From Microthyrium microscopicum (lineage: Eukaryota): 64,000 nucleotides of DNA. The stretch is from positions 251,256 to 315,255 of the forward strand of contig MU004245.1 in NCBI GenBank assembly GCA_010405405.1. Direction: 5' to 3'. Each line of letters starts with the position of its first letter. The first letter of the stretch is position 1. The notes beneath the pieces were generated by a model. It was not told where the DNA came from. It did not search any database and saw nothing but the letters and a program-made list of their open reading frames with translations. Positions 12,158 through 25,895 of the stretch are shown piece after piece. The position numbers and the translations under genes were made by a program.

Positions 12158-13739
12158 TCATGAGAAATGAAAGATATGAAGCCTAATCAAAAGAAAAGCA
12201 GTCAGCAGTCAGTTCCATGCGGCAGGAAGAGAATACTCACCAGTCTTCAATCGAAACGCCCTCCTCAAGCATTGTTGCTGCCTCTAGTGCTTGCGGTACG
12301 TTATGAATTTCAGTGAGCACCTTAAGGCGATCGATGACGAACCTCTTAGCAGATACTGGACACAGCTCTGAAGTACCCACACTGGCAAGGGGCCAGATCA
12401 GAAGACGAGCGGACGTACTCGACGATTTCTCGAGGAGCTCGAGTGTGTAGGGAACGCTGGCCAAGATCTCATCAATCATCTCCTCGCCTTGAAGCGCTGC
12501 CTTCGTAGGTAAATAGTCCCATTCCTTATGTAAAGGATCGGCAGTCGAAGGCCGGTTAAGTATAACACCTCGTAAGTCCTGCTGATAGGCACAGTATATC
12601 CACTCGTTGAAGAAGAGACGGAGCATGCGAAAGATGTTGTAAGCTCTTGCGGAGTTTTGAGAAACGTACTCATGTAATATGCCTTTGTAGGTACGAGCCT
12701 TGGCAAAAGTATCTTCAGAGATCATGACTTTGTACGGCTGGATCAACTTTTTGCCCTCTAGCAATGTTTTTGACTCTTTATCCAGTTCCGAGGCCTCACG
12801 AACAACTTCTGTTGCTAACATGCCCTTCATGTTTGCGCGTAGTGCCACAAATCTTTCTACAAGCATTTCCAATCTATAGCTCCCAGATCTAGTCTCCAGA
12901 ACGGTTGAGGCATCTTTTTGCAAGTTTAGAATCTGCCGTGGAGGGGGAATACGCTGCAGAGCACAAATGGCCAGTACGTTCATGCTAGCTTGGTGGAAGA
13001 GCCTTTGGCCAAGATCACTCTGAAATTGTCTCTTGCCTCTCATAGTCAATAGACCAGTTGTACCTTGAACATGAACGGCCCAGCTTTTTGGCGACGCCCG
13101 GCCATTGAATACCACTGCTTCAAACGCGGTGAGAAGCAAGATGGTGAGTAGTGTGCTGTCGAGAAGTGCACGCTGGGGAGAACCCAACGCTTCGTGGGTT
13201 CGAGCCAGTGCTTTCGAGTAGTAGCTACGAGCCAATACCATGAGCTCAGGTTGACTAGAACCTATTGCTAAAGATGCAAGGGTGTATCCATTTACAGCGA
13301 GGTTCACATCTCGATCCAGCTCCACGCCGGACCACAAGCCAGGCAAATAGTGGAATGGGCTAGTCGGGGCAAACGATAGCATGAAGTAAGCCAGAGCTAC
13401 ATCTTCCGGGCTTGTTGACAGACTAGTTATATAAGGCTGTCTTCTTTCCCGACCTTGGGATCGTGCCGTTGACTTTAGCCTTGGTGCCCTCTTTTCTTGC
13501 GCTCTTTGAGAGACCAAAGCAGTCTCATTTCGGAAGTAACTGGAAACTGGATCTGGATAGCCTGGGCACGGGACATTCGCTCTTGCGCACTGTGTACAGC
13601 AAGGCCGTTTCCGATCACACTATCAAAATTTAGTAACGTCGTTCTTGAAATGACGTGTCGGCCGGTGCCCTTGACTAACCTTCCTTCTTTTTGTGCGGCA
13701 TGGCTGGCATGCATCTGAAGGTTTGCCGCAATATACCAT
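12158..13739 (-). CDS. Zn(II)2Cys6 fungal transcription factor
   Basis: Spliced N-terminus MVYCGKPSDACQPCRTKRRK|CDRKRPCCTQCARANVPCPGY gives the six-cysteine cluster and runs into ORF 12237-13517 (fungal TF middle region). Terminal micro-exon gives ...EDW|LHIFHFS*. Confidence 0.9.
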
Positions 13740-14379
13740 ATCGGGAGAATATGCTTGTCGGAATTTGCGACTGATTCAGTGCCTCAATCGTAGGTTTCAC
13801 GAGAGATCATCAACACATCTCGCAGGAAGAGAAGCACGGGTGATCGAATTGATTGAAATTGAGACTCAATAGAGGCATGAGTTCGACGAGGCCAAGGTAT
13901 TTTACTGATCGACGCAGATTCCATCGTCAGTTCTGGGTTGCACGGAGTTGCCGTGCTGACGATGGTTGACTTTCGTCAGCGTCGAGCTGCATCCCCCTTT
14001 GGGCTTAGTGTTGCGATCATTGTCATCCGTTCCCCTCGATGTTCAAACTTAGAACTTTCTCATCCAACGCTGTCATGACAAATACATCAGGCGAAATCGC
14101 GTCTTGATTTCAAATGTTACAGCTGAATGCTTTATGGCCTTTCAATGATATTGAATCATCAATCGCAAGATTGCACTGGCAGAGGAATTACGTCAAGCGG
14201 AGATTTCTTGATCCACGCGACGCGTTAGAAACCCGTTCAAAATGACAGGAAACAAAGTAGATCGATTTTATCTCGGCTACAAGGCTTTACAAAAAATGGT
14301 CTAACTAATGAGAAGTGAAGTAAAATATTAAAAGCGACTGCAAATACAGCAAGACAAACCACCCACGACTCAACAACAA

Positions 14380-15824
14380 TCAGTGCCTCGCCGTATTGTT
14401 ACCGGTCTTCCCTTCGAACACATCTGCTAACCAATCCAAAGCTACCATGGCAAGTACGGATTCTGCACCAGCTTGAGTGTGTTCTCCGGCGCCAATGTCT
14501 GTGTCGAAGAGGTAGTAAAAGGCCTTCTTACCCAACATGTTAGCCAACATCTCCGGCTGCCCACCTCCTCCGATCGCATCGTCCTGTCCTGAGCCAACAA
14601 AAACCGGACAGCTGATTTGCTGTGCCATGGTCTCATTCAGATATATCGTACCCATCTTCTGCAACCAGCCGTACGCATCTGGCGTATTGAAAGCCCAGAT
14701 TCCCTCGTCCAAGAGCCAGCGAAAAGAGTTACTAGCACCCGGCTGGTTGTAGACCTCTTTAAGATAGGCATTGAATCCAGTCCGATTACCCTCCTCAAAC
14801 AGTTGAATAGCCTCAGGGATACTCGCATTGTATGCTTCGACAATCAGCTTCTGCGGGTCCACTAGGCCGTCTATGGCCAGCACAGCTGCCAGACGATGCT
14901 CGCGCGTTGCGGCTATCGGAGCCAGCACTCCGCCGTATGAGATGCCTCCGAGGGCGACCTTGTCCATGTCGACGTCGTTTCGTGTGGCCAGGTAGTCCAC
15001 AACTGGAGTGATCACTTCCCACCATTCCGGTATGAATCCAACACCTTGCTTCTGCCGCACAGTGTACTGTCCAGGACCTTCGTAGGTGATGAAGTTCCAC
15101 CCACGCGCGTGTACATCGTGTCCGAGTTCATGGTAGAGATCCTGCTGCGTGCCGTCATAGCCTGTACCGAGAATCACAGTTGGTAGTCGCTCTGGATGCC
15201 CATTTCCGTGTTGCGGGGCGGGATAGAAGTATGCTGGCACGGTGAAATTATAGCTCGTTTTGAGTTCAATGGGCTGGCCAGGCTGTGGAAGCAATTTGAC
15301 TGCATTGTCAAAGTCGGCGAGTTGCAAGTCTAGAAACTGTCCTAGGCGCGGGTCTGAGGCGTTGCCATGCAAGAAGAAGGTAGCCGTGCGATAGTGAGTC
15401 GAGGCATGGAAGTATTGCTCGCGTGCCGATACAGGGAAACGCTTGGAATCAACCGACACTGCCAAAGCGTGAAGCTTATCGCCCAGCAGTTTGAACTCGT
15501 TGTACCAACTTTCAAAGTCCCCGGGCTTGATCACCGCAGCTGCTCGAAGCAGTTCGCCTGTCGCAAGAGCACCGCCACTGGCCTTGGAGAGAAGGATTTC
15601 GAGTTGGAAAGAAAACTCGGAATCGGAGCTAAGTTGATACATAGAAGACGTTGCATTTGTGGCATTTGGAATGGGCACTGTGCCATTTACCCAGTAGCCC
15701 GACTGCCGTCAATACTCGCGTTAGAATCAAATCAGTTTGGGGACTGTGGTTAGAGTAAACTTACACAGCTGGTAATCAAAGCGCCGAGCGTGCCAACGAT
15801 AGGTGATAATCTAGTAATTCGCAT
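14380..15824 (-). CDS. Secreted alpha/beta hydrolase (FrsA / 2,6-dihydropseudooxynicotine hydrolase-like family)
   Basis: Signal-peptide exon MRITRLSPIVGTLGALITSC, one intron, then GYDG, YEGPGQ, nucleophile GISYG, Asp region GQDD and GAGEH His motif; several N-x-S/T sites. Confidence 0.85.
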
Positions 15825-18192
15825 AGTGAATTTTGGAACTTGTGAAGATGATCGTGAGGGTTGTTTGAGTTGAAGTATGTGATATGGTTGACGAAATCTA
15901 CGGGCTTTTATAGCCTTTAGTCTTTAAATTAGCTACATCTCTTTTACCTAAGTTGAGAAGCTTTGTCAAGGCCAGAGAAATGTAAGATCCATATATAACC
16001 GTTGAGAAGCAGTCATAATCGGACAGTCTGTAGTTCGGGTCGAGCTACATGCTCCTTTTGGAAATATACTGCGGTGGTGGCTGCTGACAACTAGGTAGGT
16101 ACCTAAGTACATAACTACATCAACAACGGAATGGTTGATTTCCAGTAGCAGGGGATTGAAAGCCTGTCAACAGGGAGAGAACAAGGAGAATTATGTTTGG
16201 AATTGCTTGAGCTAACAAAATGTGTAAATAATATGTCTGCGGCATAGCTTAAGGAGCAGAATATTGCGAAGATCTTAGAGGATATAAGGTCGCTAACAAT
16301 ATGAGCCGTCAGTACTAGCAAGGACCAGGAAGTAAAGACTTGCTGTCGTCCTTCTCGCAATATAATGCTTAAATTAGACGAGATGTCAGTAAAGCTGTGA
16401 TACGCAGTTCAAGATCATAAGAGTCACTCTTCAATACACGCAGTGGAGTCACGATATCATGCTCAACTAATATTAGTGGTAACCCGGGCTAGTGACATGG
16501 AGTTTTAGAAATCATTGTGTAGTGTCTTCAGTCTTCGTTTGAAAGTTCTCCTATATTGGCAGCCAATGCAGGACAAGGACTGTATCATTGATGAGAAAGT
16601 TGCAGCTCAATCAACAGTAAACAGGAAATATCTCTATCCGGGATCCCTAGCAGTGCCGAATATGTCTGTCCAGTTTGGTGTAGTAATTTGTAGTCTTGCA
16701 ATGAAAAGGCAGAAGTCCGAAAGAGTAGGAGAATGAAGATGTGTTAGGATGGAGCGTTCAAGATGACAAAACTAGCATTAGAGGTGAGGGAAGATTGTGT
16801 AGAAACTTAGAAAGTAGTCGAAGTTCAATGGTGATATGTCGCCAGTCCCATGCTCAATACCTCCGTTATAGAGTAGCTTCTCACTCGGTCTTCTCTGGGT
16901 TTTCTTTTAGTCTCATGAAATTAGAGTTGGCCCTTGCTTCTAAGATTTCATTTGTCGAACAATCATCAAATCATACATGCTACTAAGAGTACATTTCTGC
17001 AAGATACCTCTTACTACCCAGACTGGGAAGGTTGTGCCACCAGCGTTTCTCCTTTCTGCATTAAACTGCAGCTCAGCCTCGTTGACGGTTGGACAACAAG
17101 CAAACCTCGCACTGTCAAGGACTGACGATGGAATTGGAAACAACAAAGCTGGTGGCTAGTACTACCTTGTACACCGGAGCATCATTTAGCTAAACCGCGA
17201 CCACGGAGTAATATCCGACAGTATCGTTTGTGGAATTGTGGTTGACCCCACGTACCAGGTCCGGATCCCTACTTCGTATGGTCGCAATTTTCTTCATCGG
17301 AGAGGCTGGGAGACACCTCAGTCGAAAGATTATCAACCAGCCAGGCACACAATTCGACAAAAAATTGAAAATGAAACCCGAACCAATTGTCATGACTGTC
17401 CCTTTGGTGGCTGTGATGATTCTGGGATCAGCTCTTTAAATCGCTCTGCAATTCGACCCTTGGAGAAGGTGATGAACCATTTTTGGCAAATCATTTCACC
17501 ACCCCTGAGAGGTTGGACCTTGCAATATGTTTCAATCTAGATCGACAGAGCCTCAAAGAAACACGATCATCGATGAACCTTCAGGAGAAACATTGTTTGC
17601 AATCACCCTGAGTTATCTACGATTCTACCGTATGCTGCAAACTTCCAAATTCAAACGATTGACCGGAAGAGCTTTCAGAACGCGACCGAGCCCAGGGTTT
17701 GATCAATGATTCGTGACTGGGGACCGCGAGGGCGTTTATTTTTATCGATTGTCAAAGTCCAGGCCAAGCACGCAGCAGTTCCACTTTGTCGTGTTGATGG
17801 GTAATTGCAGCCTCGTTTGGCTAGATTCAGGTCTGATGGGCCACTGGGCCAGCATGTATCCGAAAGTGTGGGTTCTTTTTGCTGCTCCGCTAATCTTCTT
17901 CTGGCTCAAGCGCCTCGTCATTCTCCAATGAGTTGCATTGACAATGCACCTCTCTGCACAGCGAAGCCACCAAACCATCGAGACTTGTCTTTGTTTTTTT
18001 TCTTGACTGGTCAAACTGTCCGGCTGAGGCGCCTCTAGAGTCGTACTAAGGATTCCATCATGGCTGTTAAGGTTGCTCCGCTCCGCTTCTTCTCCAGGTC
18101 CTCCTGGTACTCTGGTAGTTGGAAAGTACAACTCCAACAACATCGCGACATCCGCTTCCTTTCGTTTAGTACCTCGCCCACTCGAACCTACC

Positions 18193-19538
18193 ATGCGATC
18201 CCTTCTGTTGGCTGCAGCTAGCTTGGTAGCTGAGCTCGCCTTTGCTGTTCCGAACGCTGCACCTGCTCCTACCGGTGCGACCAATATTGATCTAGGCGTC
18301 TGGGGTGCTTCACCACGTCCTACTGATGGACCCAATTTTGAATTGATGAGAAAGAGAGGTGTTGAGCGCGCTCTTTCTAGTGGCCAGTTGGTGGGATACT
18401 TCGCTCCTGACGCGACCTGTGGTTATAATAGTGGAAAGCTTGGTGAGTGCATCTACAGTCAACCTACTGCGAATGCTTGCTAATGCTGTGACCGATAGGA
18501 GCCCCCATTACTTGTCAACCTGGCCACACTTGCGCGGCTGTCGCTGCAATCGGAAACGTACCTGGCGCTATTGGTTGTTGTAGCTCTGGTTGCAATTTCG
18601 TAACGCTCTGCTACAATCTTGCAGATGTTCAAGCCTCCAAGTGCGACCATGCTTGTCAGCAAGACGCAGACGTCTTACAATGGTAAGTTCAGCCTTGTTC
18701 CGGCCAGAATTATGCTTACAAAGGGGAAAGTACAGCAAGTGCGGCACCTTACTGCTATGGATATACCTGGCCAGACATCACAGCTACCAACTGGATCTGT
18801 GGGACCGCTACAGGAAGCACTAAAGATGTTATCTCGTTCACCTACCTTGGCGAGTCGGACAACCGAAGCTGGAGTGCCTATTATTACAGTGGAAGTAGCG
18901 CTAGCTCGACAGGTCTTCTCTCCTCAGCAGTATCAGCAGCTCCTGTCGCAGCTTCATCGTCATCCTCGAGCAGCTCCAGCACGCCCACTCCACCTCCAGC
19001 ACCTGTCGCGAAGTCCAATGCTGGAGCTATTGCCGGAGGTGTCGTAGGAGGAGTAGCTGTTCTCGCGGCTCTCGCTTTCGGCGTCTTCTTCCTTCTACAT
19101 CGCAACAAGAAAAACAAGAACGCTGCCCCCATTCAGGCCGACCACGCTGCACCGAATAGCGGATATCCTCAGCAGCAAGGGTACCCACAAGGACAATCAC
19201 CAGGTCAGCATATGGCTGCTGCTCCAGTCGCAGGTGCTGCCGCTGGTTTCTATGGACAAGAACACAAACCAGGCATGTCAGAAATGGCGTCGCCCACCCA
19301 GTCTCCCAACGCAGGCTATGGATACCCAGCAAAGGTTGGAGATAACGCCTATTCACCACAAACAGACAACCGTGTCTCTACATTTTCCGAGACTGGTGCC
19401 CCAGCACCAGCATATCAGCCTCCACAGCACATGGCGGCTCCTATGGAGTTGGATGCTACAAGCGCTGTACCACACTCGAATCCTCAAGGACAACCAATTT
19501 ATGAAGTCCCTGGTCACGTTCCCGGACATCCCCAATAG
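18193..19538 (+). CDS. Single-pass cell-surface protein (Mid2/Wsc-like layout): signal peptide, Cys-rich and Ser-rich ectodomain, TM, Pro/Tyr-rich tail; two introns
   Basis: MRSLLLAAASLVAELAFA signal; GTGAGT donor ~18443 and GTAAGT donor ~18683; TM GAIAGGVVGGVAVLAALAFGVFFLL followed by HRNKKNK; tail in ORF 19212-19538. Confidence 0.75.
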
Positions 19539-20031
19539 GTGCCTCCCGATCTGTAATAGTAGATGGATATAATTGGAATACGCAGCACTTGATCTGTCGG
19601 CCAGGAATTTGGAGAAATAGATATGCCAACTCGTCCTGTGAAGCTGGTCAGCTGTTTGATCAAACTGGGTCGTATGGTACATGCACATCATATTGAATTA
19701 GGCTTTTGTTGAGAAGCACTCACTCACTTGGCTGAATATTGCCGATATTATGAATAGGTATCCTCTTACGAGATTACATCAATGGAATAATGTTTTATAT
19801 CCAAATGCTGCCTGCATCTGAATGAGGACGAGATCCAATTAGAAGTGTTTATAGGCTATGCTTTAAATCCTAGGTACATGTTATGGCAGCCTTAACCATT
19901 GACTTGACAGCAAATTATCCGTTGACACCCACGCTGGACGCGAAAATGCAAAATTGCGTATGAATGGAATGCTGGAGGGTCTCCAAGTGCGCCTCAAGCA
20001 GAGCACAAAACCCAACTACGCAACCTTCCCT

Positions 20032-21498
20032 TCAACTGCTAGTACTATTCGTCCGTTGTCTCGAGACCAGCAGCTCAGGATCTGGTTCATCATCGCCCGA
20101 TTCATCATCATCATCCAACTGGCTAAGTATCTTGCTGGCTCGCGGTGTATTCCACACCGTCTGCGGTCCATCCTCCTCCTCCTCGTCTTCCAAATCGCCT
20201 GGCAAGCTTTCCTCATGCTCAATCAAATCTGCACCAGTGTCTATATCCTGCTCTTTCGCAATTCCCCAAGCTTGCTCCAGCATCTCTCGTCCTTGTCGAA
20301 ATGCTTCCAGCTCAGCTCCGATACACGCTACAAGGAGTCGCCAATTCTTAGATGTGGCTAGCTCCATGTCTGCTTCGATTTCACTAATTACGTCACTCAT
20401 TTTGCGTAGAAGCTCTACCATGCTGGATGTCGAGTTGTCGGGGCTAAGAGTGCGCATTTCGCGCGCGAGGTGCCGCTCAAAGGCCTCGATTCGTGAGTAA
20501 CATGCCTTCCAGAGCGCAGATCCACTGTCCAAAGCGCGTTTCTCGCGGCGGGCTTCTTTAGCTTCGGTACTAAGTGACGAGCTTTGCGACATCCAGTAAT
20601 CCTGTGCCATTTCCAGTGTTCGTCGACTAGCCGGTAGAGCAAGAAAGTTGTCTGGTTCACCTGCATGTGGATGTGGGCGGCCTTCAGCTGGGTTTTCGAG
20701 GTACTTTGCAATATCTTGTTCAAGCATGTTTAGTGAGGTCACATATGATGTGAGTTTGGACTGCACTTGGTTGTCAATCTGAGCAATCTCGTCGATGAGT
20801 GCATGATGGCGCCGGCGCATCCTATTAAGCTTTTGCTGCGTTTCTGTAATTTCATCTTGCAGTTTGTCTGCCTCGCCTCGCAATGCGGTTTTTCGAACTT
20901 CAATATCCTCGCGGTTGATTGTAGTGATTTCGTTACGAAGTCCAGTTCGCTTCTTCTCCCATGTGTCTAGTCGTTTCTTGACACCTTGACATTTATGGAG
21001 TTCGTCCTTCATGGCAACTTCTTCATGTTCTTTCACGCTGGCTAGCTTTCGCACGGCTTTGTATATGCCTCGGCGAGCGGCAGCGGGAGTCAGAGGTTTG
21101 TTTCGCGTAATGGCCCGATCTGGGGAGCGGACGGGACTTTGCAGACGGGGCGTGCCAGAGTTGATGGACATTACGTCGTCTTCGGAGGGTGGAGCGTGGG
21201 TGCTAACACCGGCCATGAGGGCATCGCTTTGAGCGTCGAGTAGCTCTTGGAGCATGCCTTCTAGTTGCTTCTCGCGGCGTGATAAGGCGATCATGTCTTC
21301 GGATCGTGGGATGGGAAGCTTTAGTCTGGCTGTTATGGATGACGCGGGCTGAGCTGGAGAAGAGGAATATATGCTCGCTGCTACAGGAGGAGGAGGAAAA
21401 GCACTTGGAGAGAGTGGAGGCGAGTTGTAAACTGGTAGTTCATGCTGAGATGCGGCTAGGCGCACGCGAGCAGGTAGGATGGCATTGAAGAGCGACAT
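20032..21498 (-). CDS. Coiled-coil protein, Atg28-like
   Basis: 488-aa intronless ORF with LQELLDAQSDALMAG, a long coiled coil, WRLLVACIGAELEAF and acidic DDEPDPELL tail; recalled similarity to fungal Atg28. Confidence 0.55.
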   Translation of the reverse strand: MSLFNAILPARVRLAASQHELPVYNSPPLSPSAFPPPPVAASIYSSSPAQPASSITARLKLPIPRSEDMIALSRREKQLEGMLQELLDAQSDALMAGVSTHAPPSEDDVMSINSGTPRLQSPVRSPDRAITRNKPLTPAAARRGIYKAVRKLASVKEHEEVAMKDELHKCQGVKKRLDTWEKKRTGLRNEITTINREDIEVRKTALRGEADKLQDEITETQQKLNRMRRRHHALIDEIAQIDNQVQSKLTSYVTSLNMLEQDIAKYLENPAEGRPHPHAGEPDNFLALPASRRTLEMAQDYWMSQSSSLSTEAKEARREKRALDSGSALWKACYSRIEAFERHLAREMRTLSPDNSTSSMVELLRKMSDVISEIEADMELATSKNWRLLVACIGAELEAFRQGREMLEQAWGIAKEQDIDTGADLIEHEESLPGDLEDEEEEDGPQTVWNTPRASKILSQLDDDDESGDDEPDPELLVSRQRTNSTSS

Positions 21499-22136
21499 GG
21501 TGTGGGGTGAACCTTGGAAGAAGCGATGGCTAGTACCAGATATAAAGATTCATGTTACGATAGAGATATATAGGAGGGGGCGTTCATGATAAGAACAAGC
21601 AGATTGAAGAGTGTCTTGGAAAGTCTTAGGCGTGACTGCTTCATGCAACTGATGCATCCATGCGCAAGATGTGGATGTGAATCATGACGATTGTTTTAGG
21701 AAATATCTTGAGGCTGAAGAATTGCACCGCCATATCCATGGATCTTACCTCCCGCGCGTCAAAGCAAGACTTTAGACAACTTCAATGGCTATTGTGACCC
21801 TGAATTTGCAGGAAGAACCCCAGATTTCATGACATTCAACAACTTGGATAGTTTTCAAGGTATTCAATGCGAATCAAAGCTCTCTTCTTTTAGAAAGTGT
21901 CGTGGGAGACATCGCAGTCGATGGGAGGACGGGTCTGTTCGAAGTTTCAAGTGGCAGTCGCTTATTTTAACGCCGAAAAGTCGGACTAACCCAACATTGA
22001 CTAGCGCTCATCGACATTCCGCGACTTGAGCTTCACTCACTTACCATCAATCGCTCCTTCAACATTCATCTTCGACATCACCTCCCATTCTCCCATTCTC
22101 TCTCCTCGCCCTCCAATCATTACTTACCCATCCACA

Positions 22137-25100
22137 ATGTCGACTTTTGCAAATACCAATTTCGAGGATTCGGATTCCGAGGGAGAAGACTTCAACCCGG
22201 ATGCTCATGTATCCTCAGATGAAGACGCCAAGCCAGCCCGCGACGCGCGCAAGCCAGCCAAATCGGTCAAATCCGCTGCCATAATCGAGGATAGTGACGA
22301 TGATGACGATATCAAGGCACCTGTTTCCCATGCTGTAGATGACGCCAATGGTGATGATGCCAAAGACGACGAGGAGGTTGATGAAGACGAAGGTGACAAA
22401 GAGCTTGATGACGAAGATGACGAAGAAGAAGATGAGGAAGACGAAGAAGTCAGTTGGTCTGTACTGGTTTATTAGACTGTGCTGACACTCTTATTTCAGG
22501 ACCGACCGAGAAAACGTCGTCGAAAGCCAAACCATATGCAATTCATCGATGAAGAAGCTGAAGTGGACGACGAGGATGAAGACGAAGAGGCGGAGGATGA
22601 CGAAATTGATGAAACTCATCCGGACGATATTGCCGAGCTTCCAGTTGGCGGGGAAAACGACGACTATCGCCATCGCGAACTCGATCGACAGCGCGAACGA
22701 CTTCAGGACCAGGATGCACTCACATATGCTGAACAACTGAAGGAAAAATATGGACGCCAAAAGAATCTTTCGATGCGCGAGACATCTGGTATTCCTCAAC
22801 AACTTCTGCAACCATCCGCTGAAGATCCACAAATCTGGAGTGTAAAGTGCAAAATTGGAAAAGAGTATGAAGTCGTCAACAGCATGATGAAACGATTTGC
22901 AGAGCGACTGGATACGCCCCAAGCTATCGACATCTGCTCCGTCTTTGCGCGCCCAAATGCCATGTCGGGCTACATTTACATTGAAGCCAAGAAACAAGAA
23001 GCGGCAAAGAAGATCTCTGAATATGTGACCTTTTGTTACGCACAAAATATGAATCTCATTCAAAAGAATGAGATGCCGGATCTTCTCAAGGTTCGCAAGC
23101 AAAAAGAGATCAAACTCGGTGCCTTTGTCCGATTAAAGCGACCTGCCAAATATGCTGGTGATCTTGCTCAAGTTGAATTAGTCGAAGAAACTGCGTCTGA
23201 AGTCACTCTTCGAATAGTCCCTCGAGTTGACATGAGCCAAGATGATGGTTCAGCTAAACGCAAACGACCAGGCGCTGCTGTAAGCCGGCCTCCTCAAAAG
23301 CTGTTCAACGAAGGTGAAGCACGAAAATTAGGTGGTCGATATATCCAAGGCCGTGGAAAAAATCAGTTCACTTTCCAAGGCGAGGATTATATTGGAGGCT
23401 ACTGTATCAAGACTGTTAAATTTGCCGCCGTCGAAACCGACAATGTCAATCCCACTCTGGAAGAGGCTAGCAAATTCGCAATCACCACCGAGGGTGAAGA
23501 CGGCCAGCAGAACCAAGAGATTGATCTTAATGCTATCGCTGCTAGCTTGAGAGAGACGGGCACTGGTGGCGACTTTCTACCGGTAAGATTATCCCTTATC
23601 AAATCATATTCCCAGACGATATTCGAAATTTCCCTGAACTTGTGGTCGCTATCATCACGCTTGATGGCTCCCATAGAATGCTTTCCCAACGGTGCGCCAT
23701 GGGTTCCATCCGCTGCGATGGCTTCCATGACGTGTTTCATGATTTCAACCTGAAAGACCACTTCTTATACTAACCAAATTTAGGGCGATGTTGTGGAAAT
23801 ATTTAGCGGAGAGCAACAAGGTGTTAGAGGTACAGCCGCTGCAGTTCACGGTGATGTCGTGACAATTCAGGTTGCAGCAGGTCCTCTCAAAGGCCAGAAG
23901 ATCAAAGCTCCAAGCAAATCCATCCGCAAGAAGTTCGAAATCGGTAACAGCGTCAAGGTTCTGATGAACAGCAAATATCGCAACGAGGTCGGAACAGTTC
24001 TCAAGGTAGCAGAAGACCGAGTCACCCTTCTCACCGATAATGGTCAACAAGAAATTACCGTCCTTAGCCGAGATTTACGAGTCTCGTTAGACTTCAGTAC
24101 TTCCCAACTCAACTCGCAATATCAACTTCGGGATTTGGTCAACCTTGATGCTTCCACGGTTGGATGCGTAGTTCGAGAAAACCCAGAGACAGTTGATGTT
24201 CTGGACCAGAATGGGAATGTGAAGCAAATGCTTCCCTCCAGCATCGCCGGGAAAATCGAGTTGCGCCGGCCCACTGTTGCAGCAGATCGAGTCGGATCTG
24301 AGATTCGAACAGAAGATCTTGTCCAGGAGAGCGCTGGTAACCAGCGAAAGGGTATAGTCATACACATTCATCGCAACTTTCTCTTCTTGGAAGATAAACT
24401 CCAAACCGAAAACAATGGCGTTTTTGTGGTCAAAAGCAGCAGTGTTACAGTAATATCCGCCAAGGGTGGCCGTGGTGAAGGAGCAAACCTGACTGAAATG
24501 AATCCCGCCCTCGCAGGCAAGCAAACAGGATCCTTTGGTACAATGGGCCCACCAGGAAAACCAGGCGCCGGTAAACTCCCCATTCGCAATAGAATTGACG
24601 GAGCAGAGTGCATGATTGCCAAAGGTGCGCAAAAGGGTGTCAAAGGCCGCATCAAGGATTCCACCAACACACATGCTCGTATCGAGTTCATGAATCGACC
24701 TGGTGTACATTCATATCCGTTGGAGATGCTCAAATACAAGACCAGAAATGGAGAATGGCAACGACTAGATGGCACTCCGACAGCTGGTCGTGTCCCTGGA
24801 TCTCGTGTTCCGTACGGCTCGCGTGTTCCAGCAGGCGTCTCAGGAGGCAATCGGTCAGCCTGGGGTGATCACGGTGGATCTGGAAGCAGTTCGAATGGCG
24901 CTGGTGCTCAAACTCCATACTGGAAAGGCAACGCTGATGGTGCTCGGACTCCCGCATATGGTGGGCGTACTTCCGGCTGGGATGGTTCCCGCACTGTCAA
25001 TCCATACAATGACGGTAGTAGGACGGCATACGGCGTAAGCAATGATCCTTGGCTTCTCTATACACATGCTAACTGATGATAGAACTGGGACTCAGGTAAC

Positions 25101-25421
25101 CGCACACCAGCTCCATACGCTTCTGCGCCTACCCCAGGTGCATATGGTGCAAACGCAGCTACTCCTGCTGGACTTGATGCTCCTACTCCTGGCCCTTATC
25201 TTGGTGCTCCTACTCCCGGACCAGTGGATGCTCCCACTCCTCGAGTATACGCCTATCCTACACCTGGAGCCTCTGCACCTACTCCCGGAGCATTTGCAGA
25301 TACGCCAGGCGCCTATGCTGCGGAAACTCCAGGTGCATTCACTGCGGAAACGCCTGGGGCCTTTGCAGCAGAAACCCCCGCTGCCTTTGGTGACGATGAT
25401 GATGAGCCGAGATACGCATAG
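22137..25421 (+). CDS. SPT5: Transcription elongation factor Spt5; introns ~22450-22499, 23583-23783, ~25035-25083
   Basis: Acidic N-terminus, [14 protein letters not shown] domain ([14 protein letters not shown]...GYIYIEA), KOW repeats and C-terminal TPGA/ETPGAF repeats. Confidence 0.97.
23653..23721. repeat. Short hairpin in SPT5 intron 2, probable internally deleted member of the MITE-like family
   Basis: GATGGCTCCCATA (23663-23675) is identical to 2913-2925 and is followed by a complementary ATGGGTTCCATC...GATG arm. The intron is 201 nt versus ~50 nt for its neighbours. Confidence 0.45.
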
Positions 25422-25895
25422 TAGGAGCATTTGGCGGTTGCTAAGACAATGGCATAAGTGTCACAGTGATTTTGTTCATAGATCTATGGCTTGGATTAGT
25501 TGGGCGTTCTATGAGAGCTAGCATTTGCATTATTCAAGCATAGTCAAGCCGAATCCAGATCCATAATCTGCTAAGTTGATATCACAATGTGCAAACAAAA
25601 TAAATGATTCTTCTCCCATCAGCGGTGATCTAGAATATTTTGTCCATTCAGTCTTAATTAAATGCTCTTCCAACATAATTCTCTCCAGAACCAAAAGAGG
25701 ACATTTTGGTTTGTAGACTCGGGGCATAATTTTTGAGGCTCAAGCTCTAAAACTAGTCGACCAAAAATTACTGCCAAGATATTCCTTCAACGTCCTCGTT
25801 CGCGCTGGTTTCCGTACAACCATTTCCAACCCTCCTGCTAAATGTCGTCGAAAGTAAACAATTTCTCTTCCAAGCTCTTGCATGGTTGAACTCCA

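Noticed and set aside
16091..16110. TAGGTACCTA-type palindromes (also ~29217 and 56753-56764)
   Set aside because: Short low-complexity motifs with no shared flanks; not evidence of an element.
22491..24850. Long antisense ORFs (203, 207, 160 aa) over SPT5, and similar ones over other genes
   Set aside because: Shadow ORFs on the opposite strand of well-supported coding sequence.
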